Assembly: GCF_032191835.1 (NCBI RefSeq)
Contig: NC_083236.1
Location: 70,990,001-71,054,000, forward strand
Reading direction: 5' to 3'
Length of the DNA: 64,000 nucleotides
Origin: Heteronotia binoei
Taxonomy: Eukaryota
Part shown: positions 34,501 through 47,500 of the stretch, one piece after another
Position numbering within the stretch: position 1 is the first letter of the stretch
How the letters are laid out: every line of letters begins with the position of its first letter
The notes under the pieces: generated by a model
Database searches by the model: none
Seen by the model: only the letters and a program-made list of their open reading frames with translations
Told to the model about the DNA's origin: nothing
Program-made: the position numbers and the translations under genes

Positions 34501-36374
34501 CTTGAAAGGGCAGCTTCTGTGAGAGCCAGTTTGGTATAGTGGTTAAGTGTGCGGACTCTTATCTGGGAGAACCGGGTTTGATTCCCCGCTCCTCCACTTG
34601 CACCTCCTGGAATGGCCTTGGGTCAACCATAGCTCTCATAGGAGTTGTCCTTGAAAGGGCAGCTACTGTAAGAGCTCTCTCAGCCCCACCCACCTCACAG
34701 GGTGTCTGTTGCGGGGGGAGGTAAAGGAGATTGTGACCACTCTGAGATTCAAAGTATAGGGCAGGATATAAATCCAAATCCAATGACGTTTCTGGTTTGG
34801 CACCATGGCAGAGGACACTGTTCCAACAACCCCAACCACACTGACATCACTGATCCATGTACCACCACCCCCTCCTTTGCTGAAAGGTTCCCCAGACACC
34901 GAGCCTTTCTTGGGGGACAGGGGAAGATCCTACCTGAGTGACCAGACAGGAGAGCAGGAGGCTGGCTCCACAGAGAGTCCTCATCCTGGCCTGGATTTCA
35001 ACCCTCTGTGCCCTTCTGGCCAAGGGCGGGTAGCCCAGAGAGCCCTGCTGGCTGCCAGAGCAAAGTTTGTCTTATAGACCCATGTGGGGGAGGGCCCTGT
35101 TTCGACAGCCCTTGGAAGCCGGCCAGCAAGGGCGGGGCGGGCTGTTGCACCACCAGCTCTGTGGGCATGATCACCAGGGCCCTCTTTCTCAAGGCTTCAG
35201 CTGCTATTTCTGCAGGGCAGAGCTTCACCTGAGCGTGACAACTCACCAGAATCAGGCATGGGCTCCAGGCCAGGTGTTCTTTAACACGGAAAGATGGACA
35301 TTTCCTGCAGCAAGGTGGAAGCTGGTTCGCCTCTCGCCGCTGCTCTCGTCCCACGGCAAGAGCTACCGTGGCAGACATTGCCTGGCAGTGCCCGCTTCCC
35401 ATGGCTTTGGGAAGGAAGGTGGGCAGGGCTTTTTTTGTAGCAGGAACTCCTTTGCATATTAGGCCACACCTTCCTGATGTAGCCAATCCTCCGAGAGCTT
35501 ACAGGGCCTACTGTAAGACTGGCTACATCAGGGAAGTGTGGCCTAATATGCAAAGGAGTTCCTGTTACAAGAAAAGCACTGAAGGTGGGCCTCAGCATCT
35601 CTCTGGGGTGAAGCTCCCCAGTGGAAAGGGCTCTGAGGGTGGCTTCCTCATGGTTCAGCTGTGGGACTGGCCTGTGGAGGCCCCCCAATCCCAAGGGTGC
35701 GCCCATCTGTAGGGAGTCCAGATGACTGGCACCAATGATGGTGGGGCCATGCCTTCTCTCCATCTTTTTGCCTGCCTCGTTTTTCTCTAAGGAGTGCAGG
35801 GTAACATACAGCACTCTTCTTTCTTTGGTTTCTACTGGGGTTTGTCCAGTTATGAGTGTCCCCTTGACTCTCTTGTGGGCCACACAGATGCCTTTTGGTG
35901 CACGCAGGTCCCAGGTCCGGTCTTGGGCTTCTGACTATCAAAAGGTCTCTTTCTTCTTTCTTTGCCTGGGAGAACTGCTGTCTACTGCAGCCAGCAGCAC
36001 TGAGCTCAAAAGGACAAGGGTCTGATGCGGCAGGAGGTGGCCACAGACGTCCTCGAGAAAAACCTACAGCTGTGCTCTTCTGCTTTTCGCTTGGACCCTG
36101 GGAGGGGACTTCCCACTGCCCATTTGAAGATTGCAACAGTTATTGGCCGGCTCAGACATATCCCACTTCCTCAGGTATGGAAAGAAATCCAACTGAGAAC
36201 CTGATTTACTGGGGAAGGGATGCAATCATGGAGCTGGAAGGGACCTCCGAGGTGATCTAGTCCAACCCCTTGCATGATGCAGGAAACTCACAAGTACCTC
36301 CCCCTGCCCTCCTTCTCATGACCTGCCTCAGTTCACAGAATCAGCATTGCTGTCAAATGGCCCTCCAGCCAGAC

Positions 36375-36672
36375 AAGGCAGAGAGCGAATTCCAAAATTA
36401 AAGTTGCTTTCTTTCCATGTCTCACATCTCTCTATCATTCATCTCATCTCTCTCTCTCTACCTACCTACCTCTCTCTCAATCTATCTATCATTTGCTTTC
36501 CTTCCTTCCTTCCTTCCTTCCTTCCTTCCTTCCTTCCTTCCTTCCTTCCTTCCTTCCTTCCTTCCTTCCTGTCTTGTGGCTCTCAAACATCTGATGTTCC
36601 TGTCTTGGGACTCTCTAACATCTGACGTTTATTGTGTGTGGCTAGGACATTAAGCAAGTTTGGCCACTCCTG
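36375..36672. mobile_element. Partial hAT-type MITE containing (CTTC)n at about 36497-36569
   Basis: Reverse-complement similarity to 56246-56612; ends aagtttggccactcctg. Confidence 0.65.
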
Positions 36673-37174
36673 CTTTAAGCCAAGATGAGAAGCAGCGGAG
36701 AGAAGCGTTGGGCCACCACAAGAGGGCATCGTGGGAGCACACAAAGCAGCAAGGCTCGCAAGCGACGCTCTGGTGTTCTTCTCCCCTCCCTCCTCCTTCC
36801 CCTCCGCAAGCCAAGCAAGGTGTGCCCAAAGTGGGGCTTGGCCTGGCCCTGCATTTCCCACACTCAACGGCCAGGGGCTGCTCTGGTGTCCCGGCACCTG
36901 CTGTTTGTGGCCAGAGTATGTATGCCAGTGATCATGGCCCCTGCTCCAAAGAGAAGGAGAGCACGGACTGTCCATCACTGCTGTCCTTCTGCAGAGCTGC
37001 CATGAACTAGGAGGGGACACCAATTCATTTCCCGAAGGGCCACTCATCCAGACGCCCAGCACGCACCTAGTGATGCAGTGAAACAGGCCTGTCCTCCCCC
37101 CTCAGCGGCTCCGGGCCTGCAAAGGAAGCCGGAGAACCATGAGGAGGAACGAGGGCTGCCAACCCCCAGGTGGG

Positions 37175-39423
37175 AAAGAAAAATAAAGGCCCATAACCCA
37201 CCGTGAAAACCAGCTTCTGTTATTGAATTATACAAAGTCAACAAGGATAAACATACTCGTATAAATTCCAACATTATAAATTACAAAACAACCATAACTT
37301 TTAGTCCTTAATAAATATCTATTAATACCTATGGAAGTCGTCTCATTATATACCAACATACCCCATGAGGAGGCAAGAGCTTCGATAGAGACAATTTTGA
37401 ATAGAAGATCTAATAAGGAACCCCCTACTCATTTCCTGTTGGAGTTGGTGGGTGTTATTTTTGAAAATAATTTTTTCAGGTTTGGGGATCAGTTTTTTCT
37501 GCAAGTGCAAGGGGTATCTATGGGTAGTCCCTTTTCGCCCAGTGTACTTGTTTGTTTATGACGGAGTTGGAAGAATAATTCTTTTGTAATTCTGAGGTTA
37601 ATCCGTTCTGGGGTTCTATCATTTGGTTTGAGAGATATATTGATGATATTCTGGCAGTGGTCACACGGGAGCCAGTGGTTGCTCCTTTAATGCAGTGGAT
37701 GAATAACATACATCCGGCCATTAAATTTACATATATTGCGGATAAACAGAGAATTGCGTTTTTAGATACGTGTGTCTTTAAGACAGAGGAGGGAACCTTG
37801 GCGGTTAAAATTTATAGGAAACCTATGGATAAGAATGTCCCTTTACATTTCAGTTCCTGTCATCCTTTACATTTAAGAGCAAATTTACCCTATAGTCAGT
37901 TGGTTAGAGCCAAACGTAACTTGACTAGGGCACAGGACTTTGAACAGGAGAGAGACAGGATTTTTGAAAAATTTAAATCTAGGGGTTATCCCAGTAGGAT
38001 TTTAACCAAGGCTCTCACACATAGGTCTAGACTTGTAACGGCTCCCGGAGAACATGGGAGAGAAATGTGGGTAGTAACAATATAACCTGTGCTATGCAGT
38101 TTTCCCCTTAGAGTCAGTCCATTTATAATATCATTAAGAAATATTGGTTTCTGGTGAGAGATTTACCAGGATGTCAGGAAATACCAAAAATGGGCTTTAG
38201 TAGAACCAAGAATTTAGGGGATTGTTTGATTAGAGCTGATATTGTACAACCTGAGAGGGAGATGGTTAGAACGGGGGTGGGGGGCACTTTAAATGCGGGG
38301 CTTGTGGAGCTTGTGGTCTCTCGCTGCAAGTGTCTGTGTTTGTGCATCCAGAGACTGGATACAAGATATATCTAAAGGATGTCACCACCTGTGCTATACA
38401 GAGATGTATTTATGTGATTCTGTGCCCATGTAAAAAACTCTATTTGGGATCCACCACACATGCTATTCGTACACGTGTGTTGAAACATAAATCAAGACTG
38501 AAGAACCGTGTGGTAGAGGCTCCTTTGGTGGAGCACTTCAGTCGGTTTAATCATGATCCAGACTCTTTATGCTTTTGCGTACTTCTTAAGTTTCCAACGC
38601 GTTTGCAAGGTAGGATGGATTGCAGTAGATGGTTACATCAGCAGGAAATGCGCATGAACTTTAAATTGGGGATGATGTTTCCTCGTGGTTGAAATAGTGA
38701 TTGGGATTTAGCATGTTATTTATAAAATATACTGTTGGCATGTGCTTTGGACACCAGTTCATAATAAGTTTTCAGCATTACTGTAGCTGGGTACTCTGTA
38801 ACTTTAAGGAACATTTTGAATGGTCACACCTGCTGCATATAAGCCATTTAGCATGATTCATTGTAGCACCTTGTAGGTGTTCCTTTACACATGCTGGCTG
38901 TTTGGCCTAATACTTAAGAAAAATTGCTAAGAGGTTTGCTGATTTTATTCAGGGTTTAACATGTTTTTATGGCTTATGTGCATATGGTTTTATTGTATAT
39001 TATTGTGTATTATTTATGTTGTTCAGGATTATTGCAGTTTGAAGGAGTTCAATTGCGAAGAGGATTATTGCAGCTTGAAGAAGCTCACACGAAACAAGGG
39101 TTCAGTACGACTTTGTCCTTGGAAACTTGGATTATTGGCTGCATTTTTTGACAAATATTAAGCATCTGGAGTACTACACCAGGATTTCATGGAATGAGAT
39201 GGGAAGTTTTACCACAGGATGAAAAGAAGGACTCTTGGTGCTAATGCTTCCTTAAGGACTAAAAGTTATGGTTGTTTTGTAATTTATAATGTTGGAATTT
39301 ATATGAGTATGTTTATCCTTGTTGACATTGTATAATTCAATAATAGAAGCTGGTTTTCACAGTGGGTTATGGACCTTTATTTTTCTGTCCTTTTGCGATG
39401 TTACTCTCTGTATGTTGTGTAAT
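37175..39423 (+). mobile_element. 5'-truncated Penelope-like element (RT plus GIY-YIG endonuclease) with inverted pLTR
   Basis: ORFs VVSLYTNIPH...QGVSMGSPFSP and YVILCPCKKLYLGST...R..KH; 37178-37310 is the reverse complement of about 39252-39385; flanking duplication CCCCAGGTGGG. Confidence 0.88.
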
Positions 39424-40017
39424 CCCCAGGTGGGGGCTGGGGATCTTCCGGTTTGGAGGCCCTCCCCCCTTCAGGGTCATCAGAAAGCAGGGAGGAGGAG
39501 GGAAATGGCTGCTGGGCACTCCATTATAGAGCCCCGCGGTGCAGAGTGGTAAAGCTGCAGTACTGCAGTCGGAGCCCTCTGCTCATGACCTGAGTTCGAT
39601 CCCGGCAGAAGCTGGGCTCAGGTAGCCAGCTCAAGGTTGACTCAGCCTTCCATCCTTCCAAGGTCGGTAAAATTAGTTAGTACCCAGCTTGCTGGGAGGA
39701 AAGTGTAGATGACTGGGGAAGGCAATGGCAAACCACCCTGTAAAAAGTCTGCCGTGAAAACGTTGTGAAAGCAACATCACCCCAGAGTTGAAAACGACTG
39801 GTGCTTGCACAGGGGACTACCTTGACCTTTTTACTCCATTATAAATCAATTCCCATATGGAGAATTGATACATGAGTATCTGGGGGAGCTGCTTTTTGAG
39901 GTAGAGGCACCAACATTTCAGCAAAGCATCTGGAGCCTCTCCCCAAAACACCCTCCAAGTTTAACAAAGATTGGATCAGGGGGTCCAATTCTATGAGCCC
40001 CCATTTCCTATGGAAGG

Positions 40018-41405
40018 ATAAGAACCTAAGAGAAGCCATGTTGGATCAGGCCAATGGCCCATCCAGTCCAACACTCTGTGTCACATAAGAACCTAAGAGA
40101 AGCCCTGTTGGATCAGGCCAGTGGCCCCTCCATTCCAACACTCTGTGTCACACATAAGAGAAGCCCTGTTGGATCAGGCCAGTGGCCCCTCCAGTCCAAC
40201 GCTCTGTGTCACAGAAGAACATAAGAGAAGCCCTGTTGGATCAGGCCAGTGGCCCCTCCAGTCCAACACTCTGTGTCACATAAGAACATAAGAGAAGCCC
40301 TGTTGGATCAGGCCAGTGGCCCCTCCAGTCCAACACTCTGTGTCACACATAAGAGAAGCCCTGTTGGATCAGGCCAGTGGCCCCTCCAGTCCAACGCTCT
40401 GTGTCACACAGTAGCCAAAAAAAAAAACAACCAAGTGCCATCAGAAGGTTCACAAGTGGGTCTAGAAGCCCTTCCACTTTGCCTCCCCCCAAACACCAAG
40501 AATACAGAGCATCACTGCCCCACACAGTTCCAATAATATACTGTGGCTAATAACCACGGATGGACCTCTGCTCCATATTTGTATCCAATCCCCTCTTGAA
40601 GCTGTCTATGCTTGAAGCCGCCACCACCTCCTGTGGCAGTGAGTTTCACATGTTAATCACCCTTTGGGTGAAGGAGGACTTCCTTTTATCCATTCTAACC
40701 TGACAGCTCAGCAATTTCATTGAATGCCCACAAGTTCTTGTATTGTGAGAAAGGGAGAAAAGGACTTCTTTCTCTACTTTCTCCATCCCATGCATAATCT
40801 TGTAAACTTCTATCATGTCACCCTGCAGTCGACCTTTCTCCAAGCTAAAGAGCCCCAAGTGTTTTAACCTTTCTTCATAGGGAAAATGTTCCAAACCTTA
40901 AATCATTCTAGTTGCCCTTTTCTGAACTTTTTCCAGTGCTATAATATCCTTTTTGAGGTGTGGTGACCAAAATTGTACACAGTATTCCAAATGAGACCAC
41001 ACCATCAATTTATACAGGGGCATTATGATACTGGCTGATTTGTTTTCAGTTCCCTTCCTAATAATTCCCAGCATGGTGTTGGCCTTTTTTATCGCAATCG
41101 CACAGTGTCTTGACATTTTCAGTGAGTTATCTACCACAACCCCAAGATCTCTCTCCTGGTCAGTCTCTGCCAGTTCACAACCCATCAACTTGTATTGTAG
41201 CTGGGATTCTTGGCCCCAATGTGCATTACTTTGCACTTGGCCACACTGAACCTCATCTGCCACGTTGACACCCACTCACCCAGCCTCACCACATCCCTTT
41301 GGAGTGCCTCATAATCCTCTCTGGTTCTCACCACCCTGAACAATTTAGTGTCATCTGCAAACTTGGCCACTTCAATGCTCACGCCCAAATCCAAATCATT
41401 AATGG
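40018..41405 (-). mobile_element. CR1 LINE (RT C-terminus) whose 3' terminal ~67 bp is tandemly repeated about 6 times
   Basis: Minus ORFs KFADDTKLF...WQMRFSVAKCKVMH and HLEYCVQFWSPHLKKDI; array at 40018-40407. Confidence 0.9.
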
Positions 41406-44260
41406 AATTTAAAAGGAGCACAGTCCCTTGAAATGTGATTGTCAGAACTCCTTTTGGAATTCAATTCTGCCTGTCACACCCTTGCACCTGGCTCCATCCC
41501 CAAAGTCCCCAGATATTTCTTGAGTCAGACTTAGCAACCCTCGGAGGAGCATAGAACCAGCAGCCGGCCAGCCCCATGGTTGCCCATGTTGGAGTGGGTC
41601 ACTCAGCAGGCCTGGACATTGGGGGGGGGGCTGCATCACTCTAAGAGGCTGTGATCAAGGAGAAGAGACCCCAAAGCCGGGGAACCGACTGTCCCTGGAG
41701 GGGTCCTCAGGAGCAATGAGCCTGGCTCTCTCAGACCCTGCAGTAGCTTTCCCTTTATTCCCGAAGGGCCCAAACTCTACACCGTCAGGCTCCAAAATTG
41801 GTTCTGGGTACCTTTTTAGGGGGGGGGGGGTGACCTTTCAGCAGCAAGGAGGCCAGTCCAGCCAGCGCTCCTAGTCCCTTAATGACACCTTTGCGTCCTT
41901 CCTTCAGAAGGGTAGTCCGGAGAGCGGGGAACACTGCCCCCCCCACCATGGTTTCTCTTGATGGCGCAGGCAGCTCTCTGCAAGGCCAGGGCAGAGGTGT
42001 TTGCTTCGCGTGCAAACTGCCTGCCCCACCCTCGCACAAGCTGCTGAGGGAACGGGGCAACCTCCAAATGCTTCCATTCTGAATCAAACTTGGTTGGTCT
42101 GCAAGGTGCCACTGGACTCCTGCTTTGTTCTACCGCTTCAGCCCAACCCGGCTGCCCCACCCCCCTGCAGCTTTGCAAATGCTCCTGCCTCCAGCTCCGT
42201 TTCACGCCTGCCAAGGCTTCCAGGGCCTCAGGGCGCCTGCTTCACATGCAAACTGCCTGCCCCACCCTCGCGCACAGCCCTTTGCAAATGCAAGCGAGGG
42301 GGAAGCGGCACATTGCCGGCTAGTAGCCCGCGGCTGTAGCACCCCGATGACCCCGCGTGGGATTGGTGCGGAGTCTGCTGGGAAGGAAGGCAAGAGGCCT
42401 CGGTTGGCTTGTGCTTTCATCCCCGCGTGGTTCCCCCCGGGGGGCGGGACCGCTTCAGAGCCGGGCGCCTCGACGGGGCGGGCGGGCAGCTCCCCCTTTC
42501 CTGGGGAGGGGGCCTTGGCGAGGTCTCCAGCCAGGACTTGCTTGGAATGGCAGGCGACCCGATGGGCCTTCCGGGGCCAAGGAGGGGCTGCCCCGGGGAA
42601 GAGCCCTCGGACCCCCAACCCTTGGCTTTGCAAGCGTCGCTGCGGGCGGGGGGGGGGGGCAGGAGGCTTGCCCAGTGCCCCGCTCCCGTTAGGGCTGCCG
42701 GGTCCACTTCAAGAAATATCTGGGGACTTTGAGGGTGGAGCCAGGAGACATTGGGGGTGGAGCCAGGAGCAAGGGTGGGACAAGCACGATTGAACTCTGA
42801 AGGGAGTCCTGGCCGTCACTTTGAAAGGGACCGGACACCTTTTCAAGGCCTTCCCTTCACAGGAAATAATGGATAGGGGCACCTCCTTCGGGGCTCATTG
42901 CATTAGACCTCCTGGCCCAATCCTTTTGAAACTTGGAAGTCTTTGGAGGAGAGTCACAGGACGCTATGCTGCGAATTTGGTGTCTCTACCTCCAAAAACA
43001 GCCCCGCCCGCCCAGCCCCAGATATATTCTCTATTATTCCCTACGGGAATCGGTCTTCATAGCAAATAACGGAGCGCCCAGCCGGCCTTTCACTCCCCCC
43101 CCCCCGCTTTCTGATGACCCTGAAGGGGGGGAGGGCCTCCAAACCGGGGGGTCCCCCGCCCCCACCTAGGGATTGGCAGCCCGACCCCGTCAAGCCCAAA
43201 AGAAGCTCCCTCAGCCCGCAGCTAAGCTGGAGGGGACCGAGCTCTTCGCTCTCCTTCTGAAGCCCCTCCGCCGCCCGCCCGTCCCCCCTCAGCAGAAGGC
43301 GGGGAGTTGGACGGATCTGCGCCGCCCGCAAAGGGCCAGGGATGACCTTGTTCCGAGTCGGGGCCCGCTCAGCAGCGTTCCCAGAGTCCGGGGACGCGCG
43401 GAGGAGGAGGCGGGCAAGGGCTCCGGGGACAGAGCCGGCCAGTCCTGCCTTCTTCGCGGGGCTTCGTCCGAGACCGCCTTTCCTGCTCCCCCCCTTGGGG
43501 ATGCCACAAGCCAGGCATTCCAGCGCCGCCGCCGCCGCCTGCTTGCCTGCTCTCCCGGGGCCAGGCGTTGCTCTTTCCGGCTGCTGCGCGGGTGGCTCCA
43601 CCGGCCCCGAGGGAAAGGTAGCCCACCCCCGGGAGGGAGGGAGGGAGCCGGGCTGCGTTGGGCCCTCGAGTCCCGCACCCGCGTCCCCCCAGCGGGCGGC
43701 CTGCCCGGGAACCAGCCGGGGCGTCGAGGCCGGCGTCTTCGCGGGGTTTTGCCGCCTCGGTGTGGCGGGCGGGCGGGCGGAGGAGAACAAGCTTCACGCC
43801 CTTCCTTCTTCAGGCCCCGGGAGCCAGGCCGCCCACTGCCCCGGCGGAGAACTTTGCGCAGCCAGCAAGAAGGGAAGGGGCGCCCCGTCGGGGCTGCGCT
43901 CCAGCTGCAGGAACCCCCGCGTGGATCCGCGGCGGCGGAGGAGGGAAGGCGAGAGACCCGCGCCCGGCCCGCCACTAGCCAGGGGGTGGGGTGGGGAGGG
44001 GGCGCGGGCGGAGGGCTGAAAGCTGGCGGCCCGCAGCAGTCTCCGCCAGGAGCCGTCGGGGCGGCGGGGGGGAGGGGGGGCGGCTGGTCCTCTTGGCGGG
44101 CGTGGCCGGGGCGGGAGCCGGAGGGGGGGGGAGGCTCACCTGGCGCGGGCGCTTTAAAGGCGGCCGGCGGGGCGGGGCGGAGCTGGGAGGAGCCAGCTGG
44201 GTCCGAAGCCCGGCGCAGCTCGGCGCCCGAGAGAAAGAGAAGCGCTCTGGCCAGGCGGAG

Positions 44261-44323
44261 ATGGGGCTGCAGCAGCGAAGGCGCCGCGCGCTCCTCGCCC
44301 CCCTCTTCCTTCTTGTGCTCCAG
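44261..44323 (+). CDS. CDH3: B-/P-cadherin exon 1, signal peptide (MGLQQRRRRALLAPLFLLVLQ)
   Basis: ATG in CpG island, hydrophobic stretch, CAG|gtgagc donor. Confidence 0.85.
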
Positions 44324-44459
44324 GTGAGCGCCGCGGGGCCGAGGCCAGAAGCCCGACGGGTTCCTCGACGGGCGGCGGGTCTCCCCTTGGTCTGCGGGCC
44401 TGGGGCTGGAGTCGCCGGAGGGGCGCCTGACTTCTCTCTCTGTCTCTCCCCCGCCTCAG

Positions 44460-44577
44460 GTGGCGGCTGCGGTGCGCGGGACCCTCTCGCCCCCCTGTGC
44501 GACCGGCTTCGCGGCGGGCTGCTGCACCTTCGAGGTGGCGGGCGGCGACCTTTCTCCGGGCCAGGTCTTGGGCCAAG
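44460..44577 (+). CDS. CDH3: CDH3 exon 2 (VAAAVRGTLSPPCATGF...GQVLGQ)
   Basis: 118 nt, pyrimidine-rich acceptor, gtaagc donor; CxxGF and GQVLG prodomain motifs. Confidence 0.88.
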
Positions 44578-47500
44578 GTAAGCCGCGGGAGGGGGGCCGT
44601 CGGGTTGGCCCCCGCGTGGAGCTACGTAGGCAGCCCAGGGTCGCTCTCTGCCGCCTTGTGGGGCCCGAGGCCTCGCTCCCTCACGGTCAGGGGGGCGCCG
44701 GCGACCCTCCCGCCCTGAGCGCCAGGAAAGCCACGACGGAGGCCAGAACCGGGTCTCCCCGGGGACTCTGCCTCCCGGCTGGCTCTTGCCCAGCGCCCGT
44801 CGGACTTCGGGGCATGCGGGCCCACGCGGGGGGGGGGGGGGGCGCCTGCCTTGGTTGTCTCGCCTCCTCAGCCTTGGCTGGCGGGAATGGCCTTTGTGGC
44901 CCCAGCAAGGAGGATGGCACCTGTTGGGGGGGGCGGGGGAGAGGGCGCCGGCTTTCCTCCAACCCTCTGGAGGGCCCTGTGCTGTGCGTGGGGCCTGGCC
45001 TGGCATCGGAATGGGCAGCCTGCCCCCTGAGACGGCGGCATTGTGTGCAGAACAGAGGCCGGCCTGTTCCTGGAATCTGCTGCCCTGTGCTGTGCCAGTT
45101 GCTGAAGGCTTTGGGGTGGAGAGCCGAGGCTGCCCGCCCTTCAGAGGAATGCCCCCCTCCCCTGGCCTGACCGGGCACCCTGCTGGGCCCAGGAAGTGGC
45201 TCGGAGGATGCGGCTGCCCTTGTTTGGCCAGGCAATGACCTGCCGCCCCCAGCCCCTTCCCCCCTCCAGGCCGGGCCTCTCGAGCCAGAGGGGGGGTGTG
45301 AAGTGCCCCACAGGAGGCCCCAAGAGGAAGGGGGCTGGCTTGGGCCCCCAGAGAGGGCCAGCGCCCGGGCTCTTGCGGCAGAGGCCTTTCTGGAGTTCAC
45401 ACCCCACTCTCTAAAGGGGCTCCTGGGGGTGGGGCGGGGTTGCCTTGGGGAGTCTGGACTAACCTGCAAAGGATGTTTCAAGTTCTCATAAGGGCCCCCA
45501 AATTAAAAACATGGTAGTTATAGACAAAAAAGGACCACATCTGACCTGGTGTGTTCTTTTTTTGTGTGCATTTGTCACTTTGATGATTTTATGAGGCTTC
45601 AGAAAGGCATTTATATGCTTTTGTAATAAGCATGTGTAGTTTTGTCTGTTATGTTCTTAAGTTTTGGTTCTTGCTAGAACTTTAAACTTCCTTTGGAGGT
45701 TTTTGCTCAGTTGATGTCGCTTCTTCCCCCTTCTGTGTTTGGTCAGGGGTCTGGACTGGCCACTGGGCTTCCTTGGGAGCCCTCTGGCGCTGAGGGCAGT
45801 CCCCAGGGTCAGTTGGCATCTGGCTGCCTGGCAACCTGGCAGTGCCAGCTGGCTGCCTACTGGTGGTGGTGGAGCTGCTGGGACCAGAATTCTGTGCTGT
45901 CTCCTGAGCTGCTTAAGGGTTGCAGGAGGCACGTGCTCCTGCCCCCCCCCAACTACACACATCTCTTGCTCCACGGGACTCTGAGCAGTGGAGGAGGGGT
46001 CTTTGAGAGAAGAGGCCCAGCCCATAAGTCACATTCTGGGCTCAGAAAGGGGAGGGACAGAGGAGATTGCACCCCCAAATGGGGGGGGGCTGTTTTGCTC
46101 TTGCCTCGCCTGGGTTGGAGTGGCCCTCCAGGGCCTAGGCACATGGGGAGGTCAACAGCTGACATCCCAGCTCTAGCTGAGGATGAATTGCTCCAGGAGC
46201 TGTGCGTTCACGAGCAAAAGGGCCCTATCTGGATGAGACATGGTGGAACAACTTGGGGTGCTCTTTGGAAGCTTCTGGTACCCACAAAAGTGCTGCTTGC
46301 TTGTGCACCCGGGTCCCTCAGACCATTAAGGGGAGGGAGGCAGTTGTGAGGGCAGCCTTGGTCCCCCCCCCACAGAGTCAGGGAGGGGGGGAGAGGAAGC
46401 TTTTTCCAGTAATGGCTGCTGCACTGAGCTCCGCTAATGGCTGTGGCACTTAGAAGATCCCATTAAGTGATGAGCAGTCAGGGGCGGCTTTGACCTCAGC
46501 ACCTGGCTGGCTGGCTTGGTGGAGGGGCAGCCTTGATGGAAGGAAGCCTGGGTGATGGAGGGGGGGTTGTAACTCTGCAGCCGTAGGCCCTGCTAGCGGG
46601 GGGGGGGGGGCAACAGGAGCTGCTAGGGACACCTTGCTTGGGGAAAGGGAGCCCTCAGCACCCCCGCCTCCCCCCCCCCCCCCCGCAGCACAGAGTCCTC
46701 TCTGGCTTGGTTGCTGACCCCTGTGTGGTGGGCTGGGAATCCCTTGTGTTTGGGATGCGTTGCCAAATAAGTGCCTGGATTTTGGAACAAAACTCCTGAA
46801 GCCTCAACAGGGAAGTTCTCTTCTGGCATCTCAGCCCCCCCCCTTTCCCCTTGGAATCCCTCCCCCTCCTGATGACCACTGTAGCTACGCTGAGCTCTTT
46901 CTGTCTGCTCTCCCTGCTGGACTGTTGCCAAAAGACGAATTTGTGATGGAATTCCATGGAGTGTTTGCATGCCAGGCGTTCTAGGGGATTGCTGCTTATT
47001 TGGTGTTTTTGAGTGGTTGTTTTAGAGGAGACTCCTCTGCCCCGTCAAGTCGTACCTTTCTTGCTCACCTGTCAGGAGGTGGTGTAGATGGCGGCTCAAA
47101 GGTCAAGCACTCCAGTCTGTTGGAGATGGAGTCTCTCAAATGCTGCTTATCCCAGAGGGGGCCCCTGAAGGTAGCTGGTCCTCATGATCCGAAAGCAGAG
47201 GGGGGGGGGGGGAGGCCTGTGTTACAGGCCGGGGCCTGAAAGGAGCCGATTGCAGGTGTTGGGGGGGGTCTTGGTTCAGGCTGAAATAGCAACAGGCTTT
47301 GTGGACCAGGAGCCCAGTTCCTCCCTCCGCTGGCAGAGAAGGGTCGTGCTCTGGGGCTGGGCTCCCTATGAAGCATTCCTTTCCCTGCTCCCAGCCCTCT
47401 TGGATGCCAGCCTTGACTGGAGGGGACTTCCTGCCACAGGCCAGGAGGCTTCTAGAACTCGGAAGCCACGGCCCTGAGAACAGGGAGTGGAAACAGCCCT

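Larger units (their letters stand above)
43270..44850. promoter_or_regulatory. CpG island / CDH3 promoter with E2-box CACCTG (44137-44142), TTTAAA (44153-44158) and GC boxes
   Basis: High CpG density spanning exons 1-2; motifs read directly from the sequence. Confidence 0.75.

Noticed and set aside
35840-36065. Weak resemblance on the minus strand to cadherin exon 3 (FLEDVCG, SDPCPFEL, TWD)
   Set aside because: The motifs fall in three different frames with stops and no suitable donor; not distinguishable from chance without a profile search.
39060-39110. Hammerhead-like TTGAAGAAG...GAAAC in the Penelope pLTR (also about 33625-33650)
   Set aside because: The core boxes are mutated and the stems cannot be completed; probably dead remnants.
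43041-45481. Several 200-384 aa ORFs on both strands around the CDH3 promoter
   Set aside because: GC-driven open frames with no recognisable domain; only CDH3 exons 1-2 are supported.
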